Position numbers and translations under genes: made by a program. This document shows positions 58,882 through 64,000 of a DNA stretch of 64,000 nt, piece after piece. The first letter of the stretch is position 1. The number at the start of each line of letters is the position of its first letter. Location of the stretch: NCBI RefSeq assembly GCF_009914755.1, contig NC_060934.1; one strand, given 5' to 3'. The notes beneath the pieces were generated by a model. It saw only the letters and a list, made by a program, of their open reading frames with translations. It ran no database searches and had not been told where the DNA came from. Source of the stretch: the human T2T-CHM13v2.0 reference genome, Homo sapiens.

Positions 58882-58882
58882 T
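58391..58882. repeat. Purine-pyrimidine minisatellite, ~16-17 units of (TA)n-TGTATGTGTATATACA, followed by (TG)(TA)(CA) palindrome
   Basis: Read directly; 22-30-bp units differing in (TA) number. Confidence 0.97.
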
Positions 58883-58923
58883 CCCTTTCTGAATAATTGC
58901 CATTTTTTTGCCTTGCATTAGTG

Positions 58924-59051
58924 TTTTTTTTTTGTTTTTTTGTTTTTTTGTTTTTTTTGAGACAGAGTCTCACTCTGTTGCCCAGGCTGAAGTGCAGTGG
59001 CGTGATCTTGGTTCACTGCAACCTCTGTCCCCTGAGTTCAAGTGATTCTAC
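58924..59051 (-). mobile_element. Alu right-arm fragment
   Basis: gagacagagtctcactctgttgcccaggctg...ttcaagtgattct. Confidence 0.9.
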
Positions 59052-61102
59052 CAGTTTTACCTCTGCTAACATATATTATTTCAAGAAATGTAATACAAGA
59101 CAGTTTTGAATTTTCACAACCCATTGTCTAAAAGTTCATAATGATAGTAATATGCATACACCCCAGCACAGAGTGCCATCACATCATCAAACACAGACTA
59201 AACTGGCAGTGAAATTTACAAAGAAGATTTACACTAAGATTTTCTTTTAAAGAGGAAACGTAGCCTCATGTCAGTTCAGGTCAAGTTTTGTGTGTAAAAA
59301 TGTTTGAGCTTCAACTTATGAAAAGTGAAAATTTTGACTTTTAAAAGTATTTGGCGTTTGGAATTGCAGATAAGTAATTATTAACATGGATGAAATTACA
59401 AAATATAGACCAGAAAAGAAAGTCTCAGAAAGGTCTGCTTCACCATCTAAGCCCCCAGCTGAGAGCTTTCCAATGGAAAAGGTCAACTCTTTGGTCCATT
59501 CATTCTTCAAGTGCATCAGTCAAGGCAGCTCAAGCAATCTCTAAGACATGGTATCTGTGATATGGGTTCGAGTACTATGCTCTAACCTGAGTCCCTGCAT
59601 GCATCTTACCTTGGGGAGAGGGTGAATGCAGAATTAATGACATTGGACATCAACTTTCCAATGTTAATTCCCCAGAGTCCACAGCCTAGTCAAAGGCAGA
59701 GCTGTGGAGCTCTCAGTCTACTCAAAGCCAGAATACATAGTGCTTCTTAAAACTGAAAATTGATGTCAACATGGAGTGCAATGTGGTTGAGGTGGGAATA
59801 ACATCTAAGACTAAGAAATAATTTATCTTGGTAGGTTAGGAAAAAATATATACTCCAAAGACTAGTAGAATAGAGGACATGTTCTGTGTTGTTTCCAGCT
59901 CAGGGCAGAAAAGCACTAAGAAAAACTGAGATTATAAATCCCTAAAATTAGCCTCCCTTCCCTCCTTATCCAGCACATTCTGCCACTATGGAACCTTCCC
60001 CTCTGCCACCCCAAACCCTGCCTGTTCTCCAGAGCACAGGTGAAACCTCACCGCTGCATGACACCTTTCCTGACATTCACACCTCTCACCAAGCTCCGCC
60101 TTCTTCAAATATTTTAGAATTTGGAGGCTGTGTAACACTTATTGGAATTTAGCTTGCATTTTGATGTTCACCAACTTTTTATGTATAATTGTCATCTGGA
60201 GAAGACATTCCATGAGGGCATGTATATGTTTTATGTATTTTTATTTTATTCTTAAAATTGTCTAGCAGAACTGTGTAAAAACTACGACAGTTCTGCATAG
60301 GTTTTGGTGGATACATGAAAATGTTATGGAAAGTGCGATAAAATTTGATGAAAACTTGTAAAATTACATTATCAGAGGTTATCTAACCAAGAAGGCTTAT
60401 CAATAAAATTGTGCTAAGTATGGGGGGTTTATATTTTGCAAAATTGCGTGGGACACTGACCTTTTGCCTCTGCTCACTTAGAGCCTCATCTCGAACACGG
60501 GCAATTCTTCCTCCTTCTCATCACCAGTGTTGTTTCTTTTCAATGCCATGGACGTTACTCTCCATACTCAGGAGCTAGGTGTGTTTCTAGAGCTAAGAGG
60601 GAGGGATGTAAGGGCACTCTTTACTGTGCCCCTACCTCCCGGGATACAAGAAGGCTCCTAGGAAGTTAACGTGGTGTAGAAGTGCAGACTTACGGATGTT
60701 TCCCCGGCCCTCTGGAAGCCCCACTTGGTCTTCCCGCTGCCTTCAAATCAACTCTGAAACAACTTCCCTGGAACCATGTGTTCCCATCCAGGCACTCCTG
60801 CTCTTTTAGGCGCACTGAGTCCTCGGAGTCCAACGTCACACCCTCCTCTCCCCAACCCCACGTCTCGGCAGACAGCAAGTCTTACCCATGATCTTCCTAG
60901 ATTTCATCAGATCCCTCTGATGTCTAGTCATTCCCAACCTTGCCATCCCAGTTTCATCTCTTCAGTTCCTTCCTCTAAGATGCCCTGGCAGTGGGTGTTC
61001 TAAAATACCCTGAATACAATTTTAATTTTGTTTCTAACGAGCTATCTAATTATGACAGAAAACAAAAGCCAACATCATGCATATAGAACAAAAGTTTGTA
61101 TC

Positions 61103-61235
61103 AGCCAGGCGTGGTGGCGGGTGACTGTAATCCCAGCTACTCAGGAGGCTGAAGCAGGAGAATCACAGAGGTTGAAGTGAGCTGAGATCTTGCCACTGTA
61201 CTCCAGCCTGGGCGACAGCGTGAAATTCTGTCTCA

Positions 61236-61278
<43 letters not shown>

Positions 61279-61298
61279 GTATAATAATAATAAAAAAA
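61103..61298 (+). mobile_element. Alu right monomer with (AAT)n tail
   Basis: agccaggcgtggtggcggg...ctgtctcaaataataat. Confidence 0.9.
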
Positions 61299-62016
61299 TA
61301 AGATAATAATCAAAAGGCCTGTAGAATCCATCCCACATCACCTTCTTCGCCATCTCCTATTGTTCCTGCCATGTTCCCTGCACTCAATCCAGTATCATCA
61401 CTGATCCTTCACTGCGCACACAACACTTGATCATTTTTCTTTTCAGCTCCTTGTCTTCATTTATGCGAATTCATCATCAATTAGAGCAGCCTCACTCTTC
61501 TTCACTAAATTGTTGGTAAAATCCCTCAAAATCCTTCTCAAGCACTGCCTCATCCAGGAAGCTGTTAAATCCCTACATTTGTTTAAACATGTTTCACTGA
61601 ACTCCCTCAGAACAGGTGCTGTATCTCCTTTGCTTATTCCATTATATTGATATTCTCTTTTGTTCCTTACCTGTTCATATCCACCACTTGATTGGCAGAT
61701 TCTCATATATCCTTTTATTCCTAGTGTCTAAAAAATCTTCCACTGCTAAAAGTTATATCTATTTTTTGTAGATCTTCATAGTTAGTAAAAGGCTCCACTT
61801 CCAGAGGCATGGAGATTACATTTGTTATCTTTGTCTATTATATGGCTCTGTATTGTAAACACTGCCCACCATTGAAAATGACGAGTGGTTGTGAAATCCC
61901 TTCCATGGCTTTGAAATGCTCCTGCACGGCTCTGGGAATCTGCCTTACAGGCAGAGCCCAGGTTAAGCAACACCAATCATTAGCTTCATTCTACAGCTAG
62001 AGAAACTGAGGCGCAG

Positions 62017-62019
<3 letters not shown>

Positions 62020-62071
<52 letters not shown>
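62020..62071. repeat. (TA)26 microsatellite
   Basis: Read directly; lies between a MIR remnant (gagaaactgaggc) and an Alu left monomer. Confidence 0.95.
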
Positions 62072-62072
<1 letters not shown>

Positions 62073-62076
<4 letters not shown>

Positions 62077-62222
62077 TTTGTTTTGTTTTTTGTTTGCAGA
62101 GACAGGGGACAGGGTCTCCCCGTTTCCCAGGCTGGTCTCTCTAACTTCTGGGCTCAAGCCATCCTCCTGCCTCGGCCTCTCAAAGTGCTGGAATTACAGG
62201 AGTGAGTCTTGGCACCTGGCCT
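62073..62222 (-). mobile_element. Alu left monomer (FLAM/AluJ-like)
   Basis: tgggctcaagccatcctcctgcctcggcctctcaaagtgctgg. Confidence 0.85.
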
Positions 62223-62400
62223 CAGATTTTTAAACACCGAGTAAAACAAAATGTAATATAAAAACCATGTGGCTGCTTACCATTGATCACAATCTGATAT
62301 ACTTTTGGCCCTGAGCTTTCATTTTTCATCTGCAAAGGTCCCTAATAAAATTGCAAGCCCAGGTGAATAATCTATTTCCTGCATATGGTTAGAACTCCAT

Positions 62401-62508
62401 GACTCTGCGACTGGACTGTTGTGTGGATGAAAGTTGCCTGTGTGTGTTTTTCAGGACTCTGTGACTGGACTGTTGTGTGGATGAAAGTTGCCTGTGTGTG
62501 TTTTTCAG
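62401..62508. repeat. Two-copy tandem duplication, 54-bp unit
   Basis: 62401-62454 and 62455-62508 differ at one base (CG vs TG). Confidence 0.97.
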
Positions 62509-62898
62509 GGCTGCCGTAACAAAGCACCACAGAACAGGCAGCTTCAACAACGGAAATGTGTGTTCTCAGAAAGGCAGCTTCAACAATGGAAATTTGTGTT
62601 CTCATGGTTCTGCAGACTGGAAGTGTGACATCAAGGTGTGGGCAGGGCTGGTTCCTCCTGGGGCCTCTCTCCATGCCTTGTGGACCACATCTTCCCTCTG
62701 TGTCCTCACAGGATCGTACCTCTGTGTGCGTCTGTGTCTTCATCTCCTCTTCTAAGGACACCATTTATATTGGGTTAGAGCCCTTCTTAGTGACCCTATT
62801 TTTCCTTAATAATCACTGTCAAATACAATGACCTTCAGAGGGGCTGGGGGTTAGGATTTCAATGTACAAATGCAGGGACCACACCCCAGCCCCAGCTA
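62493..62898 (-). mobile_element. MLT1A/B-like ERVL-MaLR LTR
   Basis: agggctgccgtaacaaagcaccacaga, atcaaggtgtgggcagggctggttcctcctg, tcttctaaggacacca. Confidence 0.85.
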
Positions 62899-63463
62899 CG
62901 GCTCTGCGGCCAGGCCAGCATTGCTGGACACTGGTTGACTGAATGCTGTTTAGAGAAAAGTCTTTGGGTTTAGAGAAGAGTCACTTGTAGTGTACCCCCA
63001 AAATACATGCCATTCCCTCCATCTACAATAAGCCCCAATCCTGAAGCCCAAGTCCTTTCACACTTTTCTAGCCTAGGCACTTTCTCCTGTGTCCTGTGCA
63101 AGAAGAACCTCTGGGGTACGTGGAGGTGGCACCCAGCACTGCCCTGCGTGGAGCTGCAGCGTGTCAGGGAGCAGCCCAGCTCTTGGGCACAGCGGTGCGA
63201 GGGCTGTTGGCCGGAACACAGTGCCAGACAGCTGTGATGGGAGGAGAGAACCACAAAGGCGGAGGTGAGAACTGAAAACTAAATTACAGGTGAGTGCCTC
63301 CAAAGCATGGTGTGCATGCAGTGAGTGTGCGTGCTGCACAGAACCCTGCACTTGTGTGTTCAAAATCCAAGCTATTCGTTCCATTCCTCTTTACTGCCAT
63401 TAAGACCACTTGTGATTGTATATTGAACTCAACACTGTTAGGGGCTGGAGTTGGAAGAGCTAC

Positions 63464-63895
63464 TGTCATGGGTTGAATTGGTCCCTAAAAAAGACACATT
63501 GGAATCCTAACCCTCAGGACTTCAGAATGTGACCTCATTCTTTATAGAGCTAAGTGACAATGAGATTATTAGGTTGGGCCCTAATTCAATACAGCTGATG
63601 TACTCACGAAAATGGATATCTGGACACGGAGTCAGAGACAAAGGAAGAATGCACAGTGAAGATGGGTTATGGGAATGGTGTGTCTGCAAGCCAAGGAGCA
63701 CCAAGGGCTGGGGGCAGAGAACAGGCAGCCAGCAGAGAGGGCTGGACAGAGCATCCCCACACGCTCAGAAGGAACCAAGCCTACTGGGACCTGCATCTCC
63801 AACTCCTGGTCTCCAGGTGATGAGATGACCATTCTTGCTGTTTCAAGCCATCTACTTTGAGGCACTTTGCTAAGGCAGCCCCAATAAACCACACA
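63464..63895 (+). mobile_element. MLT1C-like ERVL-MaLR solo LTR
   Basis: TGTCATGGGTTGAATTG...cagaatgtgacctcatt...caagccaaggagcacc...end CA; 5-bp TSD gctac/gccac. Confidence 0.85.
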
Positions 63896-64000
63896 GCCAC
63901 ATTCCTAGCTGGCATTCACCAGGCTAGACAGTCCACAGCTGTGACTTGTGTCACAGTGGAAAGCACAGTAGGCTCTATTTTTCAAACCAGGATTCTGGAA

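Noticed and set aside
58265-58973. Longest ORFs in the track (up to 223 aa, Y/I/H/T-rich)
   Set aside because: Translation of a purine-pyrimidine tandem repeat; the same applies to the ORFs at 9540-9893.

Overview
Human (primate) genomic DNA. Two near-consensus Alus of the human-specific Yb8 and Ya5 lineages point to Homo sapiens. The window is non-coding (intergenic or deep intronic), AT-rich and dominated by interspersed repeats. It holds about 20 Alus or Alu fragments; old L1 (L1MA/MC/MD/ME/PB), L2 and MIR remnants; solo LTRs (MST, MLT1, MLT2A2, LTR8, LTR16, MER4-group, MER68/77-like); and the DNA transposons Tigger1, Tigger3a and MER5. No protein-coding gene, RNA gene or CRISPR array is supported; the long ORFs in the track come from Alus, tandem repeats or decayed Tigger1 transposase. 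The most notable structures are: (1) a 9 x 40-bp CpG-rich VNTR followed by an E-box/GC-box/CCAAT cluster, splice signals and an LTR8 poly(A) signal, a candidate repeat-built transcription unit at 19.3-20.9 kb; (2) a full-length Tigger1 carrying nested insertions, including an MLT2A2 LTR with a DUX4-like site; (3) apparent CpG gain in ancient repeats; (4) a CpG-enriched candidate promoter/first exon at about 56.0-56.4 kb; and (5) several small tandem duplications and palindromic AT-rich repeats. Repeat subfamily names come from remembered consensus sequences and need RepeatMasker/Dfam confirmation. The locus and host gene could not be identified.
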